Below, in pieces: positions 26,122 to 39,804 of a DNA stretch of 64,000 bases. The notes beneath the pieces were generated by a model. It did not search any database. It saw only the letters and a program-made list of their open reading frames with translations, and was not told the DNA's origin. Where the stretch lies: positions 5,580,001 to 5,644,000 of the forward strand of contig OX638155.1 of NCBI GenBank assembly GCA_951804945.1, written 5' to 3'. How positions within the stretch are numbered: position 1 is the first letter of the stretch; each line of letters opens with the position of its first letter. Origin of the DNA: Podarcis cretensis. Its lineage: Eukaryota. Position numbers and translations under genes: made by a program.

Positions 26122-28551
26122 ATGAAGATGAGAGGAATCCTTCATGGAGAGAGCTTTCAAACATCAGGGAGGTATATAACACTTCTGATATTATCATCTT
26201 TGTTTTGTGGAGCAGTTTTGGAAGAGGTTCACTATTCCATCCCTGAGGAGATGGCAAAGGGATCTTTGGTGGGAAATCTTGCCAAGGATCTGGGACTGAA
26301 TGCCAGAGAACTGAAGAGCAGAAACCTGCATATCATTTCTGAAGGTAAAAAGCCATATTTCACTATCAATGCACAAAATGGAAACCTGTATGTAAATGAA
26401 AGGATAGATCGTGAGGAGATATGTGAGGAGAGTGTACACTGTCTGATTAATTTTGAAGCTGTGGTTGAAAATCCTTTGAATGTTTTCCATATTATTGTAG
26501 CAATTCAGGACATTAATGATAATATGCCACAGTTCTTAAATGAAATCATGAGGCTTGAAATTGTTGAATCCACATTAGCAGGTACAAGATTTCATACTGG
26601 GAAAGCGGAAGATCCTGATATTGGGACTAATACTCTCCAGAATTACCAGCTAAGTCCAAATCACTATTTCATTCTAGAGATTCGACAGGGAGAAGATGGC
26701 CATAAATCTGCAGAATTGGTGTTGCAAAAATCTTTGGATCGGGAAAGTGATCACTCCCTTCAGTTGATCCTTACGGCCCTGGATGGGGGTGAACCCAGAA
26801 AAACTGGGACTGCCCAGATATGGATTAATGTCACAGATGCCAATGACAACCCACCAGTCTTCACTCAAGAGGTTTATACAGTTAGCCTGAGGGAAAATTC
26901 TCCTGTGGGGTCCCCAATACTGCAAGTAAAAGCCTCTGACAGGGATGAAGGTCTGAATGCCCAAATTCATTATACATTTAGTAATATTCCTAAAAGAGCC
27001 TACCAAAAATTTGACCTATTTCCACAAAATGGAACAATTACAATTAAGGAAGCTCTTGACTTTGAGGAAACAGAGAAGTATACTATGACCGTTGAAGCAA
27101 GAGATGGAGGTGGATTAGTGGCTCATTGTAATGTCAATATAAAGATTCTAGATGAGAATGACAATGCACCAGAGATCATTCTGGCCTCCTTATCTAGTCC
27201 AGTTCCTGAAGACTCTGTTTCTGGAACAGTAATAGCTCTCATCAACATAAAGGATAGGGATTCTGGAGAAAATGGAAAAAGTACATGCCACTTACAAAGT
27301 AATGTACCATTTAAAATAGTGTCAACATCTAAGAACTACTATAAAATCCTCACAGACAGTCCTTTGGACAGAGAAAAAGCCTCAGGATACAACATCACAA
27401 TCACAGCCACCGACAAAGGTAGCCCCCCTCTCTCCTCCAACAAAACCATTCCCCTGCAGATTTCAGACATCAATGACAACCCCCCTGCCTTTGAAAAATC
27501 AAGCTACAGTGTCTTTGTGCCTGAAAACAATCCCTCAGGTGCCTCCATTTTTGCCATCAAAGCCTCGGACCCGGATCTGGACCGCAACTCACGTATCACT
27601 TACTCCATCCTCAACAGCAACATGGAGGAGCTGCCTCTCTCCTCTTACGTCTCCATCAACTCTGAGACGGGAACTATCTATGCACAGCGCTCCTTTGACT
27701 ATGAGCAATTCAGGGAGTTTCAGATCCAAGTGAAGGCCCAAGATGGCGGCTCTCCCTCTCTCAGCAACAACGCCACCGTGTGGGTGTACATTTTGGATCA
27801 GAATGATAACAGCCCTCGCGTTCTGTATCCTGTCCCGGGTGTTGAGGGCTCTGCCCTGTTTGAGATGGTTCCTCACTCAGCAGAGCCAGGCTACCTAGTG
27901 ACCAAAGTGGTGGCTGTGGACGCAGACTCTGGGCACAATGCCTGGCTCTCCTACCAAGTGCTGCAGGCCACAGAGCCAGCCCTTTTCACCATTGGGACCC
28001 ACACGGGAGAGATCAGGACATCACGAGCCCTTCTGGAGAAAGACGCTGTGAAACAGAAGCTGGTCATCTTGGTGAAGGACAATGGGAAGGCTCCGCTCTC
28101 AGCTACTGTGGTCCTCAACCTCGTGGTTGCCGAGAACTTCCAAGAGGCACTTCCTGAAATGACTAGGCAATCCAGTGACACAGAGCATCATTCTGACCTC
28201 CAGTTTTACTTGGTGCTGGCTTTGGCATTGATCTCATTTTTATTCCTCCTGACGGTGATACTGGTCATTGTCATGAAACTTCGACAATCAGGAAATCCCA
28301 AATTATTCCAATGCTTTGAACCTAATGCTTTTTCTAAGGCGCAGGTCATATTTCCACCAAACTATGAAGAAGGAACTTTACCTTATTCCTACCAACTCTG
28401 CCTATCGTCAGAGATGAGGAAAGAGCAGATCTCTTTCCCAAAACCCCATATCCAGGTGGCAGAAAACTTGCTATGCAATGATAGCTCTCAGGTGGTTCTT
28501 GTGGATGGCAGCTGTGGGGATGCCAATGCCAAAGAGGAGGTTGGTGAGCAG
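26122..28551 (+). CDS. PCDHGB: Protocadherin gamma-B-like variable exon V5 (type B2; ORF to 28575)
   Basis: First in-frame ATG 26122. Six EC plus TM. Phase-0 donor CAG|GTAAGC at 28551/28552. Confidence 0.95.
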
Positions 28552-28689
28552 GTAAGCTTTGCTTTCAGAAACTGAGGTGTTGGCACCACGACCTTGCTCC
28601 TTGTATGAGCAAAACTAGTATTTTTAGTTGTCTTCCTCTTAACTGCCTTATTTACTAAATGAGAGAACTAAAAAAAATCAAATTATATT

Positions 28690-30290
28690 ACTGGCACCAG
28701 CTGTTCAGATTGTTGAAAACTTTTTTTACAAGTAGTCTTCAAATTGCAATGACAGAGGCAAATTCAATGCTGAGTCTGAAAATGACGTCCAGGTGAGTCT
28801 TCATGAATTATGGAATTTATATCCTCTTCTACCTTCTAGTAATTTTTTTCCTGTGGATTATTAAAATATCACTATCATTATATACAGTAGTTATTTTTTA
28901 GTTCCTCCTAGAGGTTAAATATGTGGATTTTTACTTCGTTCACTCACATAGTTTATTCATCCTGTTCCGATTCGAGTTAACTGAAAAATGTGTAAAACAT
29001 GAATGCTTCCTATTTGTTCAAAGTAGGTCTTTTGGAGTGTTTTGGACTTCTCTGGAAGATTTACGTATAAAGATCTTGTATGAAATGCAGAATGCTCAGA
29101 AAAGGGCAACTAAGATGGTCAAGTGGGTGGAACAACTTCTTTATTCGGAAAAAATGCAACGCTTAACAATATTTAGTTTAGATCAAAGACAAGGGAGAAG
29201 CGATATGGTCCTTCCAGTGCCACATTTCAACCACATCTACAGGACAGCAAGTAATTTAAGTGGGAGGTGCAAGGCAACCAATGCTAGGATGCAACATTTT
29301 TGTGGGGCATGTCCTGAAATGAAAGGTTCCGGGTGGATATAATAAGGAAAGTTGAAATAATAACAGGATACACTTTATCAACAGTTATTCTGATTGTTTT
29401 ATTCAGTTGTATTAAGGGTTGAATACTAGCAGAGTATTAGTCCAAGACTTATTAACTATAGCAAGAACAACTATTTGGTATAAGTTGAATGGAGTGTGTG
29501 GTTAAGAACACCAGCTTTACAGGAGTGGATTATTAGGGTATGGGATATTTTATCTATCGTTAAACTAATGAATATGGTAAGAGTCAGAGTGGGGAGACTG
29601 ATAACATTGTTGTGGAAAAATAGAACATTTTCATACTTAATTTGTGCAATAAGGTTGAAGATAATACAGACTCACACACACTGTTAGAAACTTTATAAAT
29701 CGTTATGCTTTCTTAGAGTGTATAATATAAAACTATTGAAACTTGTATCCAGCCATTATTTTTATTTATACAGAACAATCACACATACTTTACACATTTT
29801 AATAAATAAATAACTTATCGGAATTGCTCCCACAAAAAGCTGTGATGGCCACTAACTTGGATGCCTTATAGACAACTACATGGTGGCCGCAAGTCGTGCT
29901 GACTATATCCCGTCAGGTACTAGAAGCAGGATGCCTCCAGATGCCACAGTGGGAGACAAGCTGCTTAATAAGAAAGGCCTTAGGTCTGAACCAGCAAGGC
30001 TCTTCTTATGTTGCTACATTTTAATGAAAGGAATTGTGTGCCCTGATGTTGTGTGATAGACTGATGGACAAAGGACTATAACCATGTTAAAGTGAGGCAA
30101 TGCTCTGCTGGTGATCCCTTGGGTATGTAGCTTCCATTCAACGGGGTCCAATTTCAGTGGGATAGACATCAAGGCAAAACATGTTTTCAATAGGCTGTAT
30201 ATCTCCAGACTGGGTTTTGAGTCTTGTGAGCTTTTATGCGCAGCAATCAGAGGAGCTGTTGCTTTAATGTGTACAAACTGAAAGCAAATA
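28690..30290 (+). repeat. Intronic segment paralogous to ~15960-17975
   Basis: Colinear shared motifs (aaccaatgctaggatgcaaca, aagaacaccagcttta, gtaagagtcagag, atctccaga) and the same split CR1 relic. Confidence 0.85.
29040..29210 (+). mobile_element. CR1 fragment (duplicated copy of the ~16300 element)
   Basis: cagaaaagggcaactaagatggtcaag... (QKRATKMVK), a CR1 ORF2 motif. Confidence 0.65.
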
Positions 30291-30343
30291 ACTTGAAATT
30301 TGCTAAAGGGAAAGTACTGTACATTGCACAACATGGTTTTCCT

Positions 30344-30385
30344 TGCAGTTCCTTGAGTGGTCCTCTAAGTGTCAGTGTTGGCCAG
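30344..30385 (+). promoter_or_regulatory. CSE/CTCF site of V6 (CAGT variant)
   Basis: Identical to the V4 element. Confidence 0.8.
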
Positions 30386-30656
30386 TATGAGAGCCAGAGA
30401 GAGGTTAGAGATCCAGTGATGCTTCCTAGACTGCAGTAACTCCCATCCCTGCTATTCTGATCAAGCCAACTGAAGAGCACAGAGACAGGGAACTCTTGCA
30501 GAGAAGGAAAAATCTCTTCTGCTTTGCACAAATATAAGAACAAGGGCAGTTTATTCTTCCTCAGTGATGCCTCATGTTGTTTCCTTCATCCCTGTGAGAG
30601 CTTGAGCATAGGAAACTGAGAAAAGGAAGCAGCCTGGTTTTGAGAGAACCAGCCAG

Positions 30657-33077
30657 ATGGAGAGAAGGCACACAGGGAATGGCAGGGCACTCACAAGGCA
30701 AGTACTGCTTCTCTCTCTATTGTCTTTTACCTGTTGGGCTGCATCAGAGCAGATTCATTATTCAACCCCTGAGGAGATGGCAAAGGGTTCCGTTGTGGGG
30801 AACCTGGCCAAGGAGCTGGGACTGAGCACCAAAGAACTAAAACATCGCAATCTGCACACTGTGTCTGTGGCTAAAATGCAGCTTTTCAGTATCAGTGCAG
30901 AGAATGGAAACCTCTATGTAAATGACAGGATTGATAGGGAGGGGATATGTGGAAAAAATCCACATTGCTTTGTTAATTTTGAAGTTGTGGTAGAAAACCC
31001 TCTGAATGTTTTCCATGTCACAGTAGAAATCCAGGATGTTAATGATAATGCACCCCAATTCCTGAATAGCAATATCAATTTAGAGATGCTTGAATCCACT
31101 TTGCTAGGCACTCGATTTCTCCTTGGGAAAGCAGAAGATCCTGATGTTGGAATGAACTCTCTCCAGGATTACCAGCTGAGCTCCAATCAGTACTTCATTT
31201 TGGAAGTTAGAGAGAGAAAAGATGGAAATAAATATGCAGAATTGGTGTTGCAGAAATCTTTGGATCGGGAAAAAGAACAAACCCTTCACTTAGTACTTAC
31301 CGCAATGGATGGGGGTGAGCCTAGGAAAAGTGGAACAGCCCAGATACGGATTAATATCACTGATGCCAATGACAACCCTCCCATTTTCACTCAAGAGGTG
31401 TACAAGGTCAGTTTGAGTGAAAATGCTCCTATTGGATCCACGGTGCTCCAGGTCATAGCCTCTGATGATGATGAAGGTTCATATGCCCAAATCAGGTATT
31501 ATTTCAGCAACATACCAGCAACTTCCCAAGAGAAATTCAGTCTAGATCCCATTGGTGGCATAATCACCCTCTTGGAGCGACTGGATTTTGAGGACAATGA
31601 TGAATATACTATGACGGTCGCTGCAAAAGATGGTGGGGGATTGGTGACTCATTCCAATATTGAGATAAGGGTTCTTGATGAGAATGATAATGCCCCGGAT
31701 GTGACCTTAACCTCCATGTTCAGCCCAGTTCCTGAAGATTCACCATCTGAAACCTTAATTGCTCTGATCAATGTAAATGACAAAGATGCCGGTGATAATG
31801 GAAAGGTTACCTGTTATTTAAACAGTGATTTGCCCTTCAAGATTGTTTCCTCATCTAACAATTTCTACAAACTTCTCACAGTCAGCCCTTTGGACAGAGA
31901 AAAAACTCCTGCATATAATATTACAATCACAGCCACTGACAATGGAACTCCCCCACTGAACACCCATAAAGTCATCTTACTACAGATATCTGATATCAAT
32001 GATAATGCCCCTTCCTTTGAGAAATCTTTGTATGCTATCTATGTGCCAGAAAACAATCCTTCAGGTGCCTCCATTTTCACCATCAAAGCCTCTGATCCCG
32101 ACATGGACCAGAACTCACGGATCACATACTCCATCCTCAACAGCAACATTGAGGAGCTTCCCATCTCCTCCTATATCTCCATTAATTCAGAGACTGGCAC
32201 CATCTATGCCCAGAGATCCTTTGACTATGAACAATTCAGAGAGTTTCGGGTGCAAGTGAAGGCCCAAGATGGGGGTTCTCCCCCTCTCAGCAGCAATGTG
32301 AGCGTCAGGGTGTTTGTTCTTGACAGGAATGATAACAGCCCTCGTATCCTGTCCCCCTCACAAGAAGCCAAGGGCTCAGCCTTGTTTGAGATGGTGCCTC
32401 GTTCGGCCGAGGCAGATTATCTTGTTACCAAGGTGGTGGCCGTGGATGCAGATTCTGGACACAACGCCTGGCTCTCCTACCACCTGACTCAGGCCACTGA
32501 GCCAGCACTCTTTACGGTTGGTTCTCATACTGGAGAGATCAGGACAGCCAGAGCCTTTGTGGAGAGAGACACTGTGAAACAGAGACTGGTCATTATGGTG
32601 AAGGATAACGGGCAGCCATCTCTGTCGGCCACCATGACTCTGAACCTGGTGTTTGCTGAGAACTTTCAGGAGGCCCTTCCGGAAATGAAGAGCCAACCCA
32701 TCAGCTTGGAGTATCAGTCTGACCTGCAGTTCTACTTGGTGCTGGCCTTAGCTGTGATCTCCTTCTTGTTCCTCTTGACTGTCATTCTGGCCATTACAAT
32801 GAAGCTCCGTCAATCAGGGCATCCCAGGTTCCTACAGTGCTTTGGTCCTGTTCCTCATTCCAAGAATGGTGCCATCTTTCCACCCAACTTTGAAGATGGG
32901 ACTTTGCCCTATTCCTACCAGCTGTGTCTGTCCTCTGAGACCAGGAAGAATGAGTTTGCCTTCCTGACACCCAGTGTTCAGATGGTAGACAATATTCTTG
33001 GCAGTGAGAAACCTGCCGTGCCTTATACAGGCAACAGTGGAAACAATTTTCATTCTGAGATGGCTAATGGTGAAGAG
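30657..33077 (+). CDS. PCDHGB: Protocadherin gamma-B-like variable exon V6 (type B1; ORF to 33185)
   Basis: Six EC plus TM. Phase-0 donor GAG|GTAAGG at 33077/33078. Confidence 0.95.
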
Positions 33078-33590
33078 GTAAGGTTTGTTCTCTGTATTTA
33101 CATGTGTGGTACACTCTGTAGTTCTTTACCATTAAGTGACATTGCCATACAACCTTTTTATACAGCATATGTACCTGCCTTTTAATTTTTCAGTCTTTAG
33201 TTAATTTTCTATCTAGATTCATGAATCATCATCTTATTTATATATAGTAAACAGCTGAGGCTATACTATCTGTTGCAGGTGTTGTCTATTTTCTCCATTG
33301 CATTTTGAGATTTCCAGTTCAGTCCTAACCATATCTACCCAGATGTGAGTCCTGTTAAATTCAGTGTGACTTTCTCTCAAGTAAGAGTGCTTAGGATTTA
33401 AGCTTTGGAATTTGAATAGTGGCAACATGAAATTAAATGAAGTTAGATGGATATATATATTGCTCATTTAATCTTATGAGTGGGTGTGGAATGTGCCGAC
33501 GTTTTTATTATGTCATTGAGGAGGTGCACTTCTTTCTGTATGGCAGAGTTGTGTGCTATTGAGTTCAATAGGGCTTACTCCCAGGTTGTA

Positions 33591-33841
33591 CAGTCATACC
33601 TTGAAAGTCGAACAGAATCCATTCCAGAAGTTTGTTTGACTTCCAAAACGTTTGAAAACCAAATTGTTGCTTCTGATTGGATGCAGGAAGCTCCTGCAGC
33701 CAATCAGAAGTCTCGGAACCCCCATCAGACATTCGGGTTCCAAAAGAATGTTTGCAAACCGGAACAATCACTTCCAGGTTTGTCGCGTTCGGGAGCCAAA
33801 ACGTCCGAGTTCCAGGGTGTTTGGGATCCAAAGTACGATTG
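33591..33841. mobile_element. Tc1/mariner-type MITE
   Basis: TA flanks on both sides. Imperfect TIRs cagtcatacctt...aaagtacgattg. Internal palindrome ttctgattggatgcagga/tcctgcagccaatcagaa. Confidence 0.8.
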
Positions 33842-33995
33842 TATTCCAGCTTTCCAGCATAAGTAGCTTGAACATTAAGTAATATAGTAAATGAGGAAGA
33901 TAATTATTTTCTGCTCATTTCATGACATGGGGTGGGAGCAATGTGCTGATGCTTCTACTTTATAATCATAGCCCCCTTCTTTCTTTCCTTTTGAA

Positions 33996-34866
33996 TCAAG
34001 AATGGTCAACTACAACATTCAATTATTGGAGTACAATGTATCATTTTTCACCAGTAGTGCGTTGTAGCTACCCGGATTTAAAATAATATGATATGGTTTC
34101 ACTAGGTCTAAAATGATTTTAATCTAAGATATACTAGAGTCCTTGCAGAAGTCTGAATAGGCTACTTGTGGTTCATGTTGAAGAACATTGTACAAAGTAC
34201 TTTGACATCATGGTTCAGATCTAGAGTTTCCCTGTTTCATATACCAGTGAGGACTGAATTTCACTGATCAAATTGTTGGTATTTAATTGAGCATTGAATG
34301 CAATGCTTAACCCATTGTTTTCATGTAGGAGGTCATGTGTAATGTGGAGGCAACTTTTTTTGTGTATCTTTGAACTCTACAGAAGATGCTTTTACTTTCG
34401 AAGGCGTAAATTGTGCAGTATCTATCAATTCCCAGTTGGGGCTGAATGGGGCTGAATTTCGTTCTTGTTGCTAAATTGGCCGAATGAGAGGATGAATGAC
34501 AGGAGCTTTCTCATCTGCTAGGCAGTCAATAATTAAAGACTGGCTGTAATTGGACCCCAGCCATTCTTTTTAAATGTGCCACAACTAGCAAGTGCTATGT
34601 AGGTTAGAAAGCATGAGGATCCTATAGTGGGCAGCCCAAGACCTGAAAGGAGAGTTACCCAAACCAACCTCCATGGTATTCTTACTAGTTTGGGGAAATC
34701 TGGTGATGGCAATTACTTGTCTGTACTGATGACCTCATTGACTGTAGCACTTACTGGCTCAGGGCTGATGATACCTAAAGGTCCTCATTTGTACTCAGTG
34801 GACCTGAGGGGTGGGGGCACTGAAGAACAAAGACCAGTTTCAATATTGATCCAATACTTGGACCCA
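33996..34866 (+). repeat. Intronic segment paralogous to 22925-24260 (segmental duplication of the B2-B1 unit)
   Basis: Long near-identical stretches, e.g. cattgtacaaagtactttgacatcatggttcagatctagag and ttcgttcttgttgctaaattggccgaatgag...ggatcctatagtgggcagcc. Confidence 0.9.
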
Positions 34867-36164
34867 GAATGGCGACAACTGTTTAATGTGTCTGGCAGAA
34901 AAGACAGTTCCTAGCCTCCATCTTGGCATTAAGTATGTCATCACTGAGGTTGTAGAAGTAGTATTATTTAATCATATGTAGATCAGACTTGTAAGTAAAT
35001 AAGTTGTGGCACATAGTCAAATCCATTAACTGTGTCTGGCTTCATGCTGGGGTGTGGAAGCAAACACAGACCACACTTTTTTTCTTTTCCCTGTATTGTG
35101 TAGATCAATCATGTTTCAGTATGTGTGATATAAAATCCACCACCAGGTCAAGACTAATTGGCAGTGGTCTTCTAGAGTAGAGTGTGGATATTGGTTATTT
35201 AGCTGGAGACACATTAATGCCCTTTATGCACAACTAGTTGATCATATTTATTTTATAGTTGTAAACTGCTTAGAGGCTGCTTTTGCTGAAGAAATGTGAA
35301 TTGTGGCTATCTTGGAAGGTATATGTATTATTTAGGGTTATGTATATAGTGGGCTGGATCCAGACTTGGCCATACATAGAGCCGAAGCATTGAAATCAAC
35401 ATGACAAGTTAGCTATTACTGAGTTAAACCACATTGATTTTCGTGGATCAACTATAACCATGACTAAGGCTGCTATCCAAATCCTGGTTTGGGTGTCGTG
35501 AGGCATAACAGAGCAAAGAGACCACTGTCACATCGGCAGCATTGCTGCTGGTCTGGGCAGAAGGTGGAGGGGCACCTCACTTAGACCCACATCAGGCCCA
35601 TTGCCATCCCAGGACAGTAGTGGGACTGGCTCCTGTCTCTCCCTGTCCTTGTCCCCTTTCAGAATTTTTCATCAGCTGCCATGAGTGGAGATCCATCCCA
35701 CTGGCATGACTTCTAACCAAGCATACATTTGGCAGAGGGAACAGGCAATTCTGCCCCAGCAGAGTGACCCCCTGTGGGTAGAGGCCAGTAGAGGCTGGTA
35801 GGGCTTGGCTGAGGAACAGCTCCAACCAATCCAAACCCTACCACCACCAGCGCAGTGCAAAAGATTGCAGGCTAATTCTGGAGCTAAAGCTGAGTAAAGT
35901 TCCTCAAATATCCAGGATTTGTCAGAACAGCTACATGACCTCCCGGGTTATAATACTTATAATGTATAATATTATATAGTATTAGTGCAATTATTCCCAT
36001 ACTGCAGGAAGAGCCTTGAGGGAAGTGTGGCTTACTTAAAGGAACCTGCTGAGTTCATGCCAAATGCAGGACATAAACTGCATTACTATTCTGTTTCTTA
36101 CACTACACCAGCTGAAGACACTTAAAGCACATTGAACACCTGAATTACACTTAATCAATTTATA

Positions 36165-36280
36165 AACAGAGGTTGGATGGCCATCTGCCATGGATGCTTT
36201 AACTGAGATTCCTGCGTTGCCGGGGGTTGGACTAGATGACCCCTGGGGTCCCTTCCAACTCTAAGATTCCATCATTCTAT
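36165..36280 (+). mobile_element. CR1 3' terminus
   Basis: aaacagaggttggatggccatctg...gggttggactagatgacc...gtcccttccaactctaagattccatcattctat (CR1 ATTCTAT-type tail). Confidence 0.75.
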
Positions 36281-36699
36281 CTCTCCTTCCTTGGAGGTTT
36301 TTAAAACCTTGAATAAAATAATTTCCTCAATTCTCCCATCGTCTTTTTCTTTATACACCGTAACACTTCATAGAGAAATCCACTAGAGAAATTCAGTTTT
36401 TCTCTTAGAGAGGTTTACAGATTGATATTCTTGGTAAAAATTGTAAGTGCTTTAAATGGAGGAAATGAATCTATACTATGTTTTTATTGCTTGTTCTTTA
36501 CTGCAAATACTCCTTTGAAGTTGATTTTTTTTTTACCTGTAATACTAGTGAAAAGATAACACAAACAAAACACAAATATTTCTGCTTTATAACAGAAGAG
36601 AGTTCACATATCCTGTATCAGAATATAGTTTGAGTCATTAAATATAAATACCACCATGCCATGTCATGAATTAGGGAAGAAAAATCACTGGGAAAAGAT

Positions 36700-36741
36700 T
36701 GCAGTTCTCGGTTTCAGACTCACAGTGTCACTGTTGGACAA
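36700..36741 (+). promoter_or_regulatory. CSE/CTCF site of V7 (CACT variant)
   Basis: Identical to the V3 and V5 elements. Confidence 0.8.
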
Positions 36742-36983
36742 GGCGGCAATCCAAGGGCAGCTGAAGTTCCACTGATGCTTTCTGCAGAGAGATCTCTTTG
36801 TCCCAAACTGCACATCGGGAATACCAGCAGACGCTGCAACAAACGTTTCAGCTGGAAAACAGAAAACACTGCAGCATATACAAATTAAGCCCAAAGATCC
36901 AGTTCTTTTTTTTACTGGGCAAAATAAAATCTCCTGTCTGGGTGGAAATCTGAAATCCTGTGCTCATCAAACAGAAGAGGAAA

Positions 36984-39413
36984 ATGAAGATGAGAGGAAT
37001 CCTTCATGGAGAGAGCTTTCAAACATCAGGGAGGTATATTACCCTTCTGATATTTTCATCTTTGTTTTGTGGAGCAGTTTTGGAAGAGGTTCACTATTCC
37101 ATCCCTGAGGAGATGGCAAAGGGGTCTTTGGTGGGAAATCTTGCCAAGGATCTGGGACTGAATGCCAGAGAACTGAAGAGCAGAAACCTGCATATCCTTT
37201 CTGAAGGTAAAAAGCCATATTTCACTATCAATGCTGAAAATGGAAACCTGTATGTGAATGAGAGGATAGATCGTGAGGGGATGTGTAGAGAGAGCACACA
37301 CTGCATTATTGATTTTGAAGCGATGGTTGAAAAGCCATTGAATGTTTTCCATGTAAGTGTAACAATTCAGGACATTAATGATAACGCCCCACAATTCATA
37401 AAGGGCAATATTGGGCTTCAAATAATTGAATCCACATTACCAGGTGCCAGATTTCTCCTTGGGAAAGCTGAAGATCCTGATATTGGTATTAATTCTCTCC
37501 AGAATTACCAGCTAAGTCCAAATCACTATTTCATTCTAGACATACTAGAGAGAGAAGATGGCCATAAATATGCAGAATTGGTGTTGCAAAAATCTTTGGA
37601 TCGGGAAAGTGAGCACTCGCTTCAGTTGATCCTTACGGCCCTGGATGGGGGTGAACCCAGAAAAACTGGGGCTGCCCAGATATGGATTAACGTCACAGAT
37701 GCCAATGACAACCCACCAGTCTTCACTCAAAAAGTTTATACAGTTAGCCTGAGGGAAAATTCTCCTGTGGGGTCCCCAATACTCCAAGTAAAAGCCTCTG
37801 ATAGGGATGAAGGTCTAAATGCACATATTAGTTATATTTTTAATAACATCCCAGAAACAGCCCACCAAATATTTGAACTAGATCCACAAAGTGGAACAAT
37901 TACAATTAAGGAAGCTCTTGACTTTGAGGAAACAGAGAAGTACACTATGGCAGTTGAAGCAAGAGATGGAGGTGGATTAGTGGCTCACTGTAATGTTGAT
38001 ATCAAGATTATAGATGAGAATGACAATGCTCCAGAGGTCATTCTTGCCTCCTTATCTAGTCCAATTCCTGAAGACTCTGTTTCTGGAACAGTAATAGCTC
38101 TCATCAACGTAAAGGATAAAGATTCTGGAGAAAATGGAAAAATTACATGCCATCTACAAGGTAACGTACCATTTAAAATAGAGTCTGTATCTAAGAACTA
38201 CTACAAAATCCTTACAGACAGTCCTTTGGACAGAGAAAAAGCCTCAGGATACAACATCACAATCACGGCCACCGACAAAGGTAGCCCCCCTCTCTCCTCC
38301 GAAAAAACCATCTCCCTGCAGATTTCAGACATCAATGACAACCCCCCTGCCTTTGAAAAATCAAGCTACAGTGTCTTTGTACCAGAAAACAATCCCTCAG
38401 GTGCCTCCATTTTCTCCATCAAAGCCTCAGACCCGGATCTGGACCGCAACTCACGTATCACTTACTCCATCCTCAACAGCAACATGGAGGAGCTGCCTCT
38501 CTCCTCTTACGTCTCCATCAACTCTGAGACGGGAACTATCTATGCACAGCGCTCCTTTGACTATGAGCAATTCAGGGAGTTTCAGATCCAAGTGAAGGCC
38601 CAAGATGGCGGCTCTCCCTCTCTCAGCAACAACGCCACCGTGTGGGTGTACATTTTGGACCAGAATGATAACAGCCCTCGAGTTCTGTATCCTGTCCCGG
38701 GTGTTGAGGGCTCTGCCCTGTTTGAGATGGTTCCTCACTCGGCAGAGCCAGGCTACCTAGTGACCAAAGTGGTGGCTGTGGACGCAGACTCTGGGCACAA
38801 TGCCTGGCTCTCCTACCAAGTGCTGCAGGCCACAGAGCCGGCCCTCTTCACCATTGGGACCCACACGGGAGAGATCAGGACGTCACGAGCCCTTCTGGAG
38901 AAAGATGCTGTGAAACAGAAGCTGGTCATCTTGGTGAAGGACAATGGGAAGGCTCCACTCTCAGCTACTGTGGTCCTCAACCTCGTGGTTGCCGAGAACT
39001 TCCAAGAGGCACTTCCAGAAATGACTAGGCAATCCAGTGACACAGAGCATCATTCTGACCTCCAGTTTTACTTGGTGCTGGCTTTGGCATTGATCTCATT
39101 TTTGTTCCTCCTGACGGTGATACTGGTCATTGTCATGAAACTTCGACAGTCAGGAAATCCCAAATTATTCCAATGCTTTGAACCTAATGCTTTTTCTAAG
39201 GCGCAGGTCATATTTCCACCAAACTATGAAGAAGGAACTTTACCTTATTCCTACCAACTCTGCCTATCGTCAGAGATGAGGAAAGAGCAGATCTCTTTCC
39301 CGAAACCCCATATCCAGGTGGCAGAAAACTTGCTCTGCAATGATAGCTCTCAGGTGGTTCTTGTGGATGGCAGCTGTGGGGATGCCAGTGCCAAAGAGGA
39401 GGTTGGTGAGCAG
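36984..39413 (+). CDS. PCDHGB: Protocadherin gamma-B-like variable exon V7 (type B2; ORF to 39467)
   Basis: First in-frame ATG 36984. Six EC plus TM. Phase-0 donor CAG|GTAAGC at 39413/39414. Confidence 0.95.
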
Positions 39414-39804
39414 GTAAGCTTTGCTTTCGGAACTGTGATGTTGACAGCATGGGCTTGCTCCTTGTAGGAATAAAACCAATCCTTTCTTTCTGTCAGAATG
39501 CACCAGCACTCAGTTCTGGCGCCTCTCAGGTAGGCTCTTTTGCCATTATAAGAGAACAAAGTAGGCACCTCTTTGCCTAAACAAATTGCACTGAGTAAAA
39601 CTAATATTTTTAGCTTGTCTTCCTCTTACCTACCTGATTTAGTACATGAGAGAACTAGAAAAACATGAAATTATATTACTAGAACCTGCTGTTCAGAATG
39701 TAGAGAATTTTTTTTACAAGCCTTCAAGTTGCAATGGCAGGGGCATTTTCAATGCTGTAGCTGAAAATTATGTTCAGGTGAGTCTTGATCTTGTTATGGT
39801 TTAA

